A stretch of 64,000 nucleotides of DNA from an uncultured Desulfobacteraceae bacterium (lineage in GTDB: Bacteria; Desulfobacterota; Desulfobacteria; Desulfobacterales; JAABSP01). Within the stretch, counting starts at the first letter, position 1, and the number at the start of each line of letters is the position of its first letter. The DNA is taken from positions 44,386 to 108,385 of the forward strand of contig CAYSLC010000001.1 in the NCBI GenBank assembly GCA_964431545.1. Reading direction: 5' to 3'. Shown here piece by piece: positions 46,113 through 55,512 of the stretch. The notes beneath the pieces were generated by a model. It made no database searches and was not told where the DNA came from. It saw only the letters and a list, made by a program, of their open reading frames with translations. A program made the translations under genes and the position numbers.

Positions 46113-47021
46113 TTATTTTGGAAAAACACAACAGTAAATATAGGTACAGCTTCCCTTTTTGTGCTGGATCACCGCCAGCAGTCCACCGGCTTCGTCCACC
46201 ACCTTGACGTACTCCCCCCCCGACGGCGGCGGGATATCGGCCGTGGTGACGGCGTTGCCGTTCAGGATGCGGCCCGCCAAACCCGGCGGCGCCTCATGGG
46301 CGGCCATTCCCCGCAGAGCCGCGGCCGGCGGGATGATCCGCTCCCGGATGCGTCCCCCCGATGCCAACGCCTCGATTTCGGGCAGGGTCGCCGCTTCGGA
46401 CACCGAGAACCCGCCGCCGGCCGTCCGCCGCAGCGCCTTCAGATGGCCGCCGCATCCGAGGGCGTCGCCGATATCGGCGCACAGGGTTCGCACGTAGGTC
46501 CCGGCCGAACAGGTGACCCGAAACCCCACCGTCGGCGGCCGGATCCGATCGATCTCCAGGGAGGTGATCCGGACCCGGCGGGGGGGCTTCTCCACCGGGG
46601 TCCCTTTTCGCGCCAGTTTGTAGAGCGGCACCCCTTCATGTTTCAATGCCGAAAAGGCCGGCGGTGTCTGGTCGATCTCCCCCACAAACCGCTGAAAGGC
46701 GGCGCGGATCTCCTCCTCCCCGAGGGCCGCCGCCGCGTCCCCATCGGCGGCGGTCACCCGCCCCGTGGCGTCCTGGGTATCGGTCCGGATGCCCAGGACG
46801 AGTTCCCCTTCGTAGGTCTTCTCCCCGTGGAGGAAGAACCGGGCCAGCTTGGTCCCCTGGTTGAGGCAGCAGACCATCAGGCCGGTGGCGAAGGGGTCGA
46901 GGGTTCCCGTGTGTCCGATCTTTTTGACCTTCAGCATGCCCTTGATCCGGGCCACCACCCGCGCGGCGGTGATCTCCGGCGGCTTGTCCACCACGAGGAT
47001 GCCGTTGGATTCCGGGGTCAT
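46113..47021 (-). CDS. truB: tRNA pseudouridine(55) synthase
   Basis: [22 protein letters not shown] contains the catalytic Asp motif. 302 aa. Confidence 0.9.
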   Translation of the reverse strand: MTPESNGILVVDKPPEITAARVVARIKGMLKVKKIGHTGTLDPFATGLMVCCLNQGTKLARFFLHGEKTYEGELVLGIRTDTQDATGRVTAADGDAAAALGEEEIRAAFQRFVGEIDQTPPAFSALKHEGVPLYKLARKGTPVEKPPRRVRITSLEIDRIRPPTVGFRVTCSAGTYVRTLCADIGDALGCGGHLKALRRTAGGGFSVSEAATLPEIEALASGGRIRERIIPPAAALRGMAAHEAPPGLAGRILNGNAVTTADIPPPSGGEYVKVVDEAGGLLAVIQHKKGSCTYIYCCVFPK

Positions 47022-47031
47022 GGCCCTCCGA

Positions 47032-48021
47032 TCAGACCCGCTCCGCCAGGTTGAAGATGCCGCTTTTCAGCTCTCCGATCCCCGTGACGATGTTGAACCC
47101 GGCCGCGTTGCGGTGGCCGCCGCCGCCGAACATGGCGGCGATGGCCCCCACGTCGACGGATCCGTCGGATCGGAGGCTGACGTGGAACCGGTTGACCCCC
47201 CTTCCGGTCACGGCACCGCCGGAGGCGGCCTCTCCGTTGGTGTATTCCCGGATCAATACGGCGATCCGCACGTCCTCGATGAACCGGGCATAGTTGATCA
47301 GGCCGTCTCCGTCCTCGGACCGGGTTCCGGTCTCCTCGAACATCTCCCGGGTGAGGGTCATCAGGGAGAGCTTCCCGTTGTCGGAGATCTCCAGGGAGTC
47401 GAGGGCCCGGTTGAGCAGCTTGATCCGTCCCAGGGAATAGGTGCCGTAGACGTGGCGGGCCACCTCGTAGGGATCCACCCCCGCCGAGACCATCTCTTCG
47501 CAGATGGAGAAGGCCGCCCGGTTGGTGTTGGAGAACCGGAATGATCCCGTATCGGTGAAGATGCCGGTGTAGATGGCCGTGGCGATGGCCCGGACCATGG
47601 GGATCTCCATTCGGCGGATCAGGCGGTAGACGATCTCGGCGGTGGCGCAGGCCGTGGGATCGATCAGCCGGAATCGGCCGAACCGCGTGTTGGTGACGTG
47701 GTGGTCGATATTGACCACGTCGGGGATCCGACCGATGGCGCCGGCCAGGTCGCCCACCCGATCGAGGTCGCCGCAGTCGAGGATGACGGCCGTCTCGAAC
47801 CGCTCCGGATCCTCCACCCGGTTCTGGATCCCGCTTACCGACGGCAGGTACCGGTACACCGTGGGGATGGGGCTCTGATTGTAGAGGGTGGCATCCTTTC
47901 CCAGCGCCTTGAGGCAGAGCCCCATGGCGATCAGAGAGCCGATGGCGTCTCCGTCGGGGCTGGTGTGGCTTGCAAGCAGGACACTGTGGCTATTCCTCAG
48001 ATGCTCCGCGGTCCGATCCAT
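47032..48021 (-). CDS. nrnA: DHH/DHHA1 phosphoesterase (NrnA-like oligoribonuclease/pAp phosphatase)
   Basis: SHTSPDGDAIGS, the DHH motif IDHHV and GGGH in the DHHA1 part. The start could be 48021 or 48084. Its position between rbfA and truB matches that seen in other phyla. Confidence 0.75.
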   Translation of the reverse strand: MDRTAEHLRNSHSVLLASHTSPDGDAIGSLIAMGLCLKALGKDATLYNQSPIPTVYRYLPSVSGIQNRVEDPERFETAVILDCGDLDRVGDLAGAIGRIPDVVNIDHHVTNTRFGRFRLIDPTACATAEIVYRLIRRMEIPMVRAIATAIYTGIFTDTGSFRFSNTNRAAFSICEEMVSAGVDPYEVARHVYGTYSLGRIKLLNRALDSLEISDNGKLSLMTLTREMFEETGTRSEDGDGLINYARFIEDVRIAVLIREYTNGEAASGGAVTGRGVNRFHVSLRSDGSVDVGAIAAMFGGGGHRNAAGFNIVTGIGELKSGIFNLAERV

Positions 48022-48370
48022 TTCCGTCTTCGAGAGATTTGAGCAGCTTGTCGATTCGGGCTCCGTAATCGAATGATTCGTCATAGAAGAATTTCAATTC
48101 GGGCATGTACCGCAGGTCCAGCCGGTCACCGAGATACCGTTTGATGAACCCGCCGGCGCTCCGAAACCCCTCCGCCGCGTCCTGGCGCCGCTCTGTCTCG
48201 CCACCGGGCACGGAGAAGTAGATCCGGGCGTTTTTCAGGTCGGGGGAGACCTTCACGGCGGTGATCACGGCCATCTCCAGCCGGGGGTCCTTCACCTCCC
48301 GGAGCAGAATCTCCGACAGGGTCCGCTGGATCAGACCGGCCACCCGGTCCGCCCTTGAATACCCCTTCAT
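47990..48370 (-). CDS. rbfA: ribosome-binding factor A
   Basis: The start is taken at MKGYSRADRVAGLIQRTLSEILLREVKDPRL (ATG 48370), giving 126 aa. The upstream 104 track codons overlap DUF503 and are an artefact. Confidence 0.85.
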   Translation of the reverse strand: MKGYSRADRVAGLIQRTLSEILLREVKDPRLEMAVITAVKVSPDLKNARIYFSVPGGETERRQDAAEGFRSAGGFIKRYLGDRLDLRYMPELKFFYDESFDYGARIDKLLKSLEDGNGSDRGASEE

Positions 48371-48657
48371 GCGGTGAAGATCTCCATCTGGGTGTCGACC
48401 ACCTCGGCGGTCGGGTCCAACTCCTCGGCCATGTTGAAGATCTTGTCGATCTTGGCGTTGACCACCGGCTTGTCGTTTCCCACCAGGGCGAATCCGATCT
48501 CCGCCCGGTGGTGGACGTCGTTGGCCCCCACTTCCGCCACCGACGCGTTGAAATTGTTCCGAAGCCGGGCCACCACCGACTTCACCACCTTCCGTTTGCC
48601 CTTGAGCGAGTGGCAGTCGTGCAGCTTGTATATGATGATCCCCAGTCCGATGACCAT
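48367..48657 (-). CDS. DUF503 (YlxP-like) protein
   Basis: 96 aa. MVIGLGIIIYKLHDCHSLKGKRKVV.. is the family pattern. The location between infB and rbfA is conserved. Confidence 0.8.
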   Translation of the reverse strand: MVIGLGIIIYKLHDCHSLKGKRKVVKSVVARLRNNFNASVAEVGANDVHHRAEIGFALVGNDKPVVNAKIDKIFNMAEELDPTAEVVDTQMEIFTA

Positions 48658-48706
48658 GTTCCCTTTCAGCGTCTCTTTCCATGGACTTCCAGAAGGCTCT
48701 GGAAAA

Positions 48707-51616
48707 TCATTGGATCTCCGGTTTGATCTCCACCAGGTAGAAGCACTCGATGGTATCGCCGAGCTTGATGTCGTTGTAGTTCTCGATCCCGATGCCGCAT
48801 TCGTAGCCGGACTGGACCTCCTTCACGTCCTCTTTATACCGCCGCAGGGAGCCGACCTTGCCTTCGTAGAGGATCACCCCCTCCCGGACCAGCCGGGCCT
48901 TGGCGTTTCTCTGGATCTTTCCGTCGGTGACATAGCAGCCGGCGATGGCCCCCACCTTGGGCACATGGAAGATCTCCCGGATCTCGGCGCGGCCCATGAC
49001 GTGTTCTTCGTACGTGGAGGACATCATTCCCAGGATGGCGTCCTGGATGTCCTTGATGGCGTTGTAGATCACGTTGTAAAACCGCATGTCCACGTGCTCT
49101 TCCTGGGCAAAGGTCTGGATCTTTCCCGTGGGACGCACGTTGAAGCCGATGATGATGGCGTCCGAGACCGCGGCCAGGGAGACGTCCGATTCGGTGATGG
49201 TGCCGGTGGCGGCGTGGATCACGTTGATGGCCACCTCCTCGTTGGAGAGTTTGGTGAGGGAGTCCCGAAGGGCTTCGATGGAGCCGTGGACATCGGCCTT
49301 GAGGATGATGTTGAGGTCCTTGACCTCCCCCTCCTGCATCCGCTCGAAGAGCTTCTCCAGGCTCATGCGGCTCGTCTTGGCCAGCTCCTTGGATCGCTGT
49401 TTCTGGGCCCGGTGGTCGCTCACCTGCTTGGCGCTCTTGTCATCTGCGAGGGCCACCAGCTCATCACCGGCGTTGGGGACCCCGGAGAGCCCCAGGATCT
49501 CCACCGGGATGGAGGGGCCCGCCGATTCCACCTGGATCCCCCGGTCGTTGAGCATCGCCCGGATCTTTCCGTGATGGACGCCGCAGACCACGGCGTCGCC
49601 GGAATGCAAGGTCCCGTCCTGCACCAGGATGGTGGCCACCGGACCCCGGCCGGCATCGAGCTTGGCCTCCACCACGTACCCCACGGCCAGCTTCTCGGGG
49701 TTGGCCTTGAGTTCCAGCACCTCGGATTGCAGGAGGATCATCTCCAACAGGTCGTCAAGACCCATGGGCTGCTTGGCGGAGACCTTGACGAAGATGGTGT
49801 CGCCGCCCCAGTCCTCCGGCACCAGTCCCTGCTCCGAGAGTTCCCGGTAGACCCGGTCCGGATCCGCGCCGGCCTTGTCCATCTTGTTGACGGCCACGAT
49901 GATCGGCACCTCGGCGGCCCTGGAGTGGTTGATGGCTTCGATGGTCTGGGGCATCACCCCGTCGTCCGCCGCCACCACCAGCACCACGATGTCGGTCACG
50001 GTGGCGCCCCGGGCCCGCATGGAGGTGAACGCTTCGTGGCCGGGCGTGTCGAGGAAGACGATCTGACCGTTGTCGGTGGCGACGTGGTAGGCCCCGATGT
50101 GCTGGGTGATGCCGCCGGCCTCGTGCTCGGTGATCTTGGTCTTGCGGATCACGTCCAGAAGCGACGTCTTTCCATGGTCCACGTGCCCCATGATGGTGAC
50201 CACCGGCGGCCGTTCGGCCATCTTTTCCGGATCGACGGTCTCTTCGGTGACCTTGAGGACCGCGTCCTCCTCGAAGGCGGCCCGTTCCACTTCGTATCCG
50301 AACTCCGCGGCGACAAGGGCCGCGGTATCGTAGTCGACGGTCTGGTTGACCGTCACCATCACGCCCTGACCCATGAGCTTCATGATGATCTCGTTGGCCT
50401 TGATGCCCATGCGCTTGGCCAGATCCGCCAGCACGATGGTGTCGTCCACCTTGATCCGGCGTTTGATGGCCTTGGGGGTGGTGATTTGGGGTTTCTGGGG
50501 CTGTTGCTGGACCTTGGTTTTCTGCCCCTTCCGGCCCTTGCGCGACCGGCCGCCGCCGGCGTAGAGATCGGCCCCCTCCACCACCGCCTTGTCCTTGAAG
50601 GAGATCTTCTTTTTGGCCCACCGGGTCTCCTTGGCCTTGCCTTCCGCCTTCTCCGGCTCCTCCGCGCCCCGTTTGCCGCGCTTTTTCCGCTTCTTGTCCT
50701 TGGCGGCGGCGTCCGCGGGCTGTCCCGCCTCCTGGGCTGCGGGGGGCGTTGCGCCGGCGGCTGCGGGTTCCTCGGGCTCCGGCGTCCTCTCCTTCGGGGC
50801 CGCCGGCGGTTTCGTGGGCAGCTTGATGATCTTGGCCGGGGTCTCCTTCTTGCCCTTCTTGGCCTTCTTCTTGGCCTTGGTCGCCGGCTTTTCGGGCTCG
50901 GGTTTGGAGGGCTCGGTCTTCTCCGCCGGGGATTCCGGCTCTTTTATCTCCTGAGGTTCGGCGGCGGCCTCGACCGGCTCCTGGGCCGTCGGCCCGGCCT
51001 CGTCCGCGGCGGCGGTCCCCTCGGGCGGTTTCGCCTCGACGGTCGCTTCGGAGGGCGGCGCCTCCTCTTCTCTGGCTTCGATGGGTTGGGCGCTGGCTTT
51101 CACTGGCTCTTCCGTTTTCTCGGCCGCCTCCGGTTCGACGGCCTCGGTCTCTTCAGGAGCGGCGGCCTCCTGATCTGGTTTCGTGGAAGGCGCTTCCGCG
51201 GGCTTCTCCTCGACGGGAGCCTCCTCTATCGGCGTTCCGGCGGCGTCGATCTCCTCGGCCTCGGTCTCGGGCGCCTCTTTCCCCGGAGCGGGCTCGGTCG
51301 GCTCCGGTTCCTGCTCGGCCTCGACGGGCGACGCCGTCTCCGGGGGCTGGTCGGCGTCGGTCTCCTCCACCGGAGGCGGTTCGACCTCCGCGGGCCGTTT
51401 TTTCCGTCTCCGGATCACCGTCGGCTTCGCGCGGGACTCGTCCAGGGCGCCGGCCTGGCTTCCGAGAATCTGAGCCTTGATGGTCGCGGCCGTCTCCCCG
51501 TCGATGGAACTCATGTGGCTCCTGACGGAGACATCCATGTCGCTCAGCCGATCGAGGAGCGCCTTCGGCTTCATGTTCAAATCCTTGGCAAGCTCATAGA
51601 CTCTGATATTTGCCAT
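48707..51616 (-). CDS. infB: translation initiation factor IF-2
   Basis: 969 aa. The G-domain reads [22 protein letters not shown] and NKMD. There is a long Pro/Glu/Ala-rich N-terminal region. Confidence 0.95.
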   Translation of the reverse strand: MANIRVYELAKDLNMKPKALLDRLSDMDVSVRSHMSSIDGETAATIKAQILGSQAGALDESRAKPTVIRRRKKRPAEVEPPPVEETDADQPPETASPVEAEQEPEPTEPAPGKEAPETEAEEIDAAGTPIEEAPVEEKPAEAPSTKPDQEAAAPEETEAVEPEAAEKTEEPVKASAQPIEAREEEAPPSEATVEAKPPEGTAAADEAGPTAQEPVEAAAEPQEIKEPESPAEKTEPSKPEPEKPATKAKKKAKKGKKETPAKIIKLPTKPPAAPKERTPEPEEPAAAGATPPAAQEAGQPADAAAKDKKRKKRGKRGAEEPEKAEGKAKETRWAKKKISFKDKAVVEGADLYAGGGRSRKGRKGQKTKVQQQPQKPQITTPKAIKRRIKVDDTIVLADLAKRMGIKANEIIMKLMGQGVMVTVNQTVDYDTAALVAAEFGYEVERAAFEEDAVLKVTEETVDPEKMAERPPVVTIMGHVDHGKTSLLDVIRKTKITEHEAGGITQHIGAYHVATDNGQIVFLDTPGHEAFTSMRARGATVTDIVVLVVAADDGVMPQTIEAINHSRAAEVPIIVAVNKMDKAGADPDRVYRELSEQGLVPEDWGGDTIFVKVSAKQPMGLDDLLEMILLQSEVLELKANPEKLAVGYVVEAKLDAGRGPVATILVQDGTLHSGDAVVCGVHHGKIRAMLNDRGIQVESAGPSIPVEILGLSGVPNAGDELVALADDKSAKQVSDHRAQKQRSKELAKTSRMSLEKLFERMQEGEVKDLNIILKADVHGSIEALRDSLTKLSNEEVAINVIHAATGTITESDVSLAAVSDAIIIGFNVRPTGKIQTFAQEEHVDMRFYNVIYNAIKDIQDAILGMMSSTYEEHVMGRAEIREIFHVPKVGAIAGCYVTDGKIQRNAKARLVREGVILYEGKVGSLRRYKEDVKEVQSGYECGIGIENYNDIKLGDTIECFYLVEIKPEIQ

Positions 51617-51639
51617 CCATCCCCCTTACGGTTCGTCTA

Positions 51640-53277
51640 TCACGAATCTTCTTTGCGCGAATCTGTGATCCCGTCGATCTCTTCCCCGGCGGTGTCGATG
51701 GTCTCCGGTTCGGAACCCGCACCGGCCGCGGCATCGGACGGATCGGCCTCCTCCCCGTCCTCGTCTTCCTCGGCCCCGTCGTCTTCCGGCGCCGTGTCGA
51801 TCTCCCGGCCGGCTTCCGCCACCGGTTCCGTCCCGGCGTCGGTCTCCTTTTCGGCGTCCGCCTCTGTCGGCGATTCGGAGTCCTCGTCCGTCCCGGCCCG
51901 ATCTTCCACCCCGGCCTCCGGTTCCTCGTCGGTTCCGGCCTCGGTCTCGGTCTGGTCTTCGAATGCCTCGTCCGTATCGCCTTCGGCTTCCGTCTCGGCC
52001 TCCTCTTCCTCTTCTTCGGCCTCCTCTTCGAAAGCCTCCTCGTTTATCACATAATCCTGCGCAATTTCAATAAGATTTTCCGCGTCTTCCTCGTCCAGCC
52101 CCCGGACTTGGGTCAGGTCCTCCACCGAGGCCTTGCTCACCTCCTCGGCCGAGAAAAAGCCCTTCTCGTAGAGGGCGTCCGCCAGACCGATGCTCACGTC
52201 GGGCAGGGCCATCAAGGAGTTGTATCCCTGCTGCATGGCCTCGTTGTAGCTCGACTCGCTCTTGACATCGAGGCGCCATCGGGTCAGTTTGGACGCGAGC
52301 CTCACGTTCTGTCCCCGCTTGCCGATGGCCACCGAGAGGAACTCGTCGGGAACGATCACCTCCATGGAGCGGTTCTCCTCGTCGATGATCACCCGGGCGA
52401 TCTCGGCCGGGGCCAGGGCGTTGCAGACGAACTTGGCGGGGTCGACGTGCCAGGGGATGATGTCGATCTTTTCCCCCCGGAGTTCCTGGACCACGTTCTG
52501 GACCCGGGAGCCCTTCATCCCCACGCAGGCCCCCACCGGGTCGATGTCCGAGTCGCTGGAGGCCACCGCGATCTTGGCCCGGCTGCCGGGCTCCCGGACG
52601 GCCCCCACAATGGTGACGATGCCTTCGCTGATTTCGGGCACTTCGGTCTTGAAGAGGCTGATCAGGAAGCTGGGATGGCTCCTGGAGAGGATCACCTGGG
52701 GCCCACGGCTTTCATGGTGGACGTCGAGGATGTAGGCCCGGACCCGATCCCCCCGCCGGTAGACCTCCCGGGGGACCTGTTCCCGCTCCGGCAGCCCCCC
52801 CTCGGTCTGGCCGAGGTTGACGATGATGCTCCCCCGCTCGATCCGCTGGACGATGCCGTTGATGATCTCCCCTTTGCGATCGATGAACGTGGAGTAGACC
52901 GCGTCCCTCTCCGCGTCCTTCATCTTCTGGATGATGACCTGTTTGGCCGACTGGGCGGCGATCCTGCCGAAGGCGCCGGTATCCATCTTGATGCCGAGGC
53001 TGTCGCCCACCTCGCATTCGGGATCGAGGGCCTTGCCCTCGGTCACGGTGAACTCGACCTCGGGATCGGTGACCTCCTCCACCACCTCCTTGAACTGGAA
53101 GACCTCGATCTCGCCCACCTCGTCGTTGTACTGGACCTCGATGTCGATCCGGTTTCCGTATTTCTTCCTGGCGGCCGATTTCAGGGCCTCTTCCAGTGCC
53201 CGGATCAGGACCTCGCTGTCGATGCCCTTGTCCCGGCTCACCTGATCGATGATCCGCTTTATATCCGATATGAACAT
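51640..53277 (-). CDS. nusA: transcription termination/antitermination factor NusA with long acidic C-terminal tail
   Basis: 545 aa, with an N-terminal domain, S1, KH1/KH2 (..VGACVGMKGSRVQ..) and one HhH-like module, followed by about 134 residues of D/E-rich sequence. Confidence 0.95.
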   Translation of the reverse strand: MFISDIKRIIDQVSRDKGIDSEVLIRALEEALKSAARKKYGNRIDIEVQYNDEVGEIEVFQFKEVVEEVTDPEVEFTVTEGKALDPECEVGDSLGIKMDTGAFGRIAAQSAKQVIIQKMKDAERDAVYSTFIDRKGEIINGIVQRIERGSIIVNLGQTEGGLPEREQVPREVYRRGDRVRAYILDVHHESRGPQVILSRSHPSFLISLFKTEVPEISEGIVTIVGAVREPGSRAKIAVASSDSDIDPVGACVGMKGSRVQNVVQELRGEKIDIIPWHVDPAKFVCNALAPAEIARVIIDEENRSMEVIVPDEFLSVAIGKRGQNVRLASKLTRWRLDVKSESSYNEAMQQGYNSLMALPDVSIGLADALYEKGFFSAEEVSKASVEDLTQVRGLDEEDAENLIEIAQDYVINEEAFEEEAEEEEEEAETEAEGDTDEAFEDQTETEAGTDEEPEAGVEDRAGTDEDSESPTEADAEKETDAGTEPVAEAGREIDTAPEDDGAEEDEDGEEADPSDAAAGAGSEPETIDTAGEEIDGITDSRKEDS

Positions 53278-53279
53278 GG

Positions 53280-53849
53280 TCAGTGCTCTCCATTAAGATT
53301 GACAAGCCGTGCCCGGAGGATGTCGTCCAGGGGAAAGGCCCGGATCTCCTCGCCGGTCTTCAGGCGGACCCGGCCGTCCCGGTACCCCAGGAGTTCCCCC
53401 TGGAAATTCCGCCGCCCGTCGATGGGCTCCGCCAAACGGAGCTTGGCCCGGCGGCCCGAGAACCGGTCGAAGTCGGCGGGCCGGCCCAGGGGCCTCTCCG
53501 GCCCGGGGGAGGAGACCTCCAGATGGTAGGCGCCGCTCTCCTCCAGGTGAACGTCCAGGAGGTCGCCGAGCTGCCGGCTGACATCGACGCAGTCGTCGAG
53601 CGTCACGCCGCCGGGTCTGTCGATGTACAACCGGAGGATCCGTCCCCTCGGCTCCCGGTTGAACTCCACGTGGACCAGTTCCATGCCCTCCGCTTCGCAC
53701 AGGGTCTCCGCAAGGTCGAAGACCAGGGCCACGATCCGGCGCTGGACCTCCGGCGTGATCGGCTGGCTCGCCTGGGTCTCCGGATCGGGCCGACTCCGTT
53801 TCGACCCCTTTTTCTTTCGCTTGCCGGCGCTCATGGGCGCGATGTCCAT
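53280..53849 (-). CDS. rimP: ribosome maturation factor RimP
   Basis: GMELVHVEF..ILRLYIDRPGGVTLDDCVDVSRQL..HLEVSSPGPERPL is the RimP pattern. It has a basic ~35-aa N-terminal extension and the start is uncertain. Confidence 0.85.
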   Translation of the reverse strand: MDIAPMSAGKRKKKGSKRSRPDPETQASQPITPEVQRRIVALVFDLAETLCEAEGMELVHVEFNREPRGRILRLYIDRPGGVTLDDCVDVSRQLGDLLDVHLEESGAYHLEVSSPGPERPLGRPADFDRFSGRRAKLRLAEPIDGRRNFQGELLGYRDGRVRLKTGEEIRAFPLDDILRARLVNLNGEH

Positions 53850-53859
53850 CCCCCATAAA

Positions 53860-53886
53860 AATAAAAAAACGGGCTTTCCGCCCGTT
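53860..53886 (-). terminator. intrinsic-terminator-like hairpin between tRNA-Gly and rimP (possible attenuator)
   Basis: The minus strand reads ACGGGC-ggaaa-GCCCGT followed by TTTTTTTAT. It lies about 10 nt upstream of the annotated rimP ATG. Confidence 0.55.
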
Positions 53887-54043
53887 TTCCGCTTCCTCGC
53901 TCCGTAAACCTTTTATGTCTTCGAATGGAAGATCTCTATCCGTTCATGAGGGTTACCCCTATCAAAAAAGTTACCGACCACACAGCATCATAAAAGGTCT
54001 ACTCCGAAAGCTGCCCCAAAAACAGGCGGACTTTGGTACAATT

Positions 54044-54119
54044 TGGAGCGGGCAACGAGACTCGAACTCGCGACACCAAGCTTGGGAAGCTTGTACTCTA
54101 CCAACTGAGCTATGCCCGC
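54044..54119 (-). tRNA. tRNA-Gly (anticodon CCC), CCA-encoded
   Basis: The reverse complement is GCGGGCATAGCTCAGTTGGTAGAGTACAAGCTTCCCAAGCTTGGTGTCGCGAGTTCGAGTCTCGTTGCCCGCTCCA. It folds by hand into a cloverleaf with a 7-bp acceptor stem, anticodon stem CAAGC/GCTTG, loop TTCCCAA and a TTCGAGT T-loop. Confidence 0.95.
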
Positions 54120-54131
54120 TCTAAGAAGGAA

Positions 54132-54160
54132 GATATAAGCCAAATCGGAAAACTTGTCAA
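54132..54160 (-). promoter_or_regulatory. sigma-70-type promoter for tRNA-Gly (TTGACA-N17-TATATC)
   Basis: The minus strand reads a perfect -35 TTGACA (54160-54155), a 17-nt spacer and -10 TATATC (54137-54132). The -10 ends about 12 nt before the tRNA 5' end. Confidence 0.55.
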
Positions 54161-54218
54161 CACCTTCTTTCGGGGAGGTCCGAAATTTCCAGGAGGCCCT
54201 CTCGGCCGGCCACCCGTC

Positions 54219-54425
54219 TCACCGGGCCGCCACGTAGACCAGGATCATGAACAGGGCGCCCATGGCCGCGGCAAAATATCCGCCGTATTGGTCGTAGGCC
54301 AGGGCCGTGAAGAATCCCAGCCCGATGATCGCCGCCCCCATGATCAGCCCGATCACGAAGGCGGGGGTGATCTTCTTTTTTCCGAACAGGCCGTCAGTCA
54401 CCTTTGGTCGTTTCCGTTTTGCCAT
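54219..54425 (-). CDS. 68-aa two-TM membrane protein, unknown function
   Basis: A basic N-terminus (MAKRKRPKV..GKKK) is followed by two Gly/Ala-rich hydrophobic helices. Confidence 0.45.
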   Translation of the reverse strand: MAKRKRPKVTDGLFGKKKITPAFVIGLIMGAAIIGLGFFTALAYDQYGGYFAAAMGALFMILVYVAAR

Positions 54426-54760
54426 TCATTCCCCCACTCCGCCCGATTTCGGGCCGTTTCCTGCGTGGCTTGGTGGATCTTGTTCAGGGTGGCGTCGATG
54501 GAGGCCAGCGATGACTTGATGTCGTTCAACTGGCCGATGATGGAGTCCTCGTCGTCCGGGATCTGGGTGGGCCGGTCGTGGGAAGTGCCGATCTGTTTGG
54601 AGATGTCGTCCAGACGGATCCCCAGGGTGATGATAAGATAGAGGAGCAGGAGGTAGGCGAAGTGGTCCTCCCGCCAGTGGAGAAAGAACCGGCCCGCCAC
54701 GAGGATCAGCAGAAAGACGACGCTGGTGACGAAGTAGGGATGGGTGGAGATCCGGTTCAT
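54398..54760 (-). CDS. 120-aa membrane-anchored protein with C-terminal helical/coiled segment, unknown function
   Basis: There are two N-terminal TM helices (YFVTSVVFLLILVAGRFF and AYLLLLYLIITLGI), then IIGQLNDIKSSLASIDATLNKIHQATQE. It overlaps the next ORF by 28 nt. Confidence 0.5.
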   Translation of the reverse strand: MNRISTHPYFVTSVVFLLILVAGRFFLHWREDHFAYLLLLYLIITLGIRLDDISKQIGTSHDRPTQIPDDEDSIIGQLNDIKSSLASIDATLNKIHQATQETARNRAEWGNEWQNGNDQR

Positions 54761-54773
54761 GGCTGCCTGGGGG

Positions 54774-55295
54774 TCACCTGAAGAGATGGTTGACGGCGAA
54801 GGTCTCGAACTCCTCGGTATTGGGGCGGTAGGCCACCATGGCCAGGGCCGAGAGGAGGATGAAGATGTAAAGGGTATTGAAACCGCCCCCTAGAAGGAAC
54901 AGGACCAGCCCATAGACGCCGATGCTCTCGGCGATGGCCAGCGTCACCATCACGGTGGTCATGTACCGCGCCATGAAGACCCGTTTGTCGATGAGGGGCC
55001 GGGGTTCCTTGCTCCGGGAATCGCGGCGGCCGGATCCCGGGGCCGTCATGGCCCGACGGATGGAATGGATCACCAGGAGTTCGGCCACGGAGACGCCGAG
55101 AAGGATGTTGCGCAGGGTGGTGAGGGAGAATCCAACCGTGATTCCCGAACGCAGGGAGTCCTCCAACAGGTGGCAGATGACCACGTAGATCACCAGGGAA
55201 CTCAACATGGCGGCCCAGATGATCCAGAGGGACAGAAACTGCCTGTCCAGCTCCTGTCGGTCGCCGCGCCTATCATTGTCCCGTGGGTCCTTCAT
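54774..55295 (-). CDS. 173-aa four-TM membrane protein, unknown function
   Basis: The start is taken at MKDPRDNDRR (ATG 55295). The hydrophobic helices include FLSLWIIWAAMLSSLVIYVVI, ILLGVSVAELLVI and TTVMVTLAIAESIGVYGLVLFLLG. The upstream track codons are not supported. Confidence 0.5.
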   Translation of the reverse strand: MKDPRDNDRRGDRQELDRQFLSLWIIWAAMLSSLVIYVVICHLLEDSLRSGITVGFSLTTLRNILLGVSVAELLVIHSIRRAMTAPGSGRRDSRSKEPRPLIDKRVFMARYMTTVMVTLAIAESIGVYGLVLFLLGGGFNTLYIFILLSALAMVAYRPNTEEFETFAVNHLFR

Positions 55296-55512
55296 GCCCT
55301 TCTCCTGCCGGGGTCTTTGCCGAAAGGGCCATCCTATAGGAAAGATCGCGGGGGGGTCAATCCTAAAATGCTCCCGGATTTCATGGGATTCCCCTTCCGC
55401 TCTCCCTACCGGACGCCAAAGACGGTTTCCGGCCTTCCGAAGCCGGTTTTCCATTGACGGCGGCCGCCGCCGGGTATAGGGAAAGGATCCACAGCGTTCG
55501 GAAAAAACGTCC

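Noticed and set aside
51760-51800. AEAGREIDTA in the NusA acidic tail resembles the FAEAGEFDTA motif of the signalling array
   Set aside because: It lacks the hydrophobic MAAxF half and sits in a long D/E/A/T-rich low-complexity tail, where such strings are expected by composition. I judged it coincidental.
48374-52054. 1226-aa plus-strand ORF, the longest in the track
   Set aside because: It is antisense to DUF503, infB and nusA. Its translation is repetitive Gly/Leu/Arg low-complexity sequence mirroring the P/E/A-rich IF-2 and acidic NusA regions. It is a striking frame but a compositional artefact.
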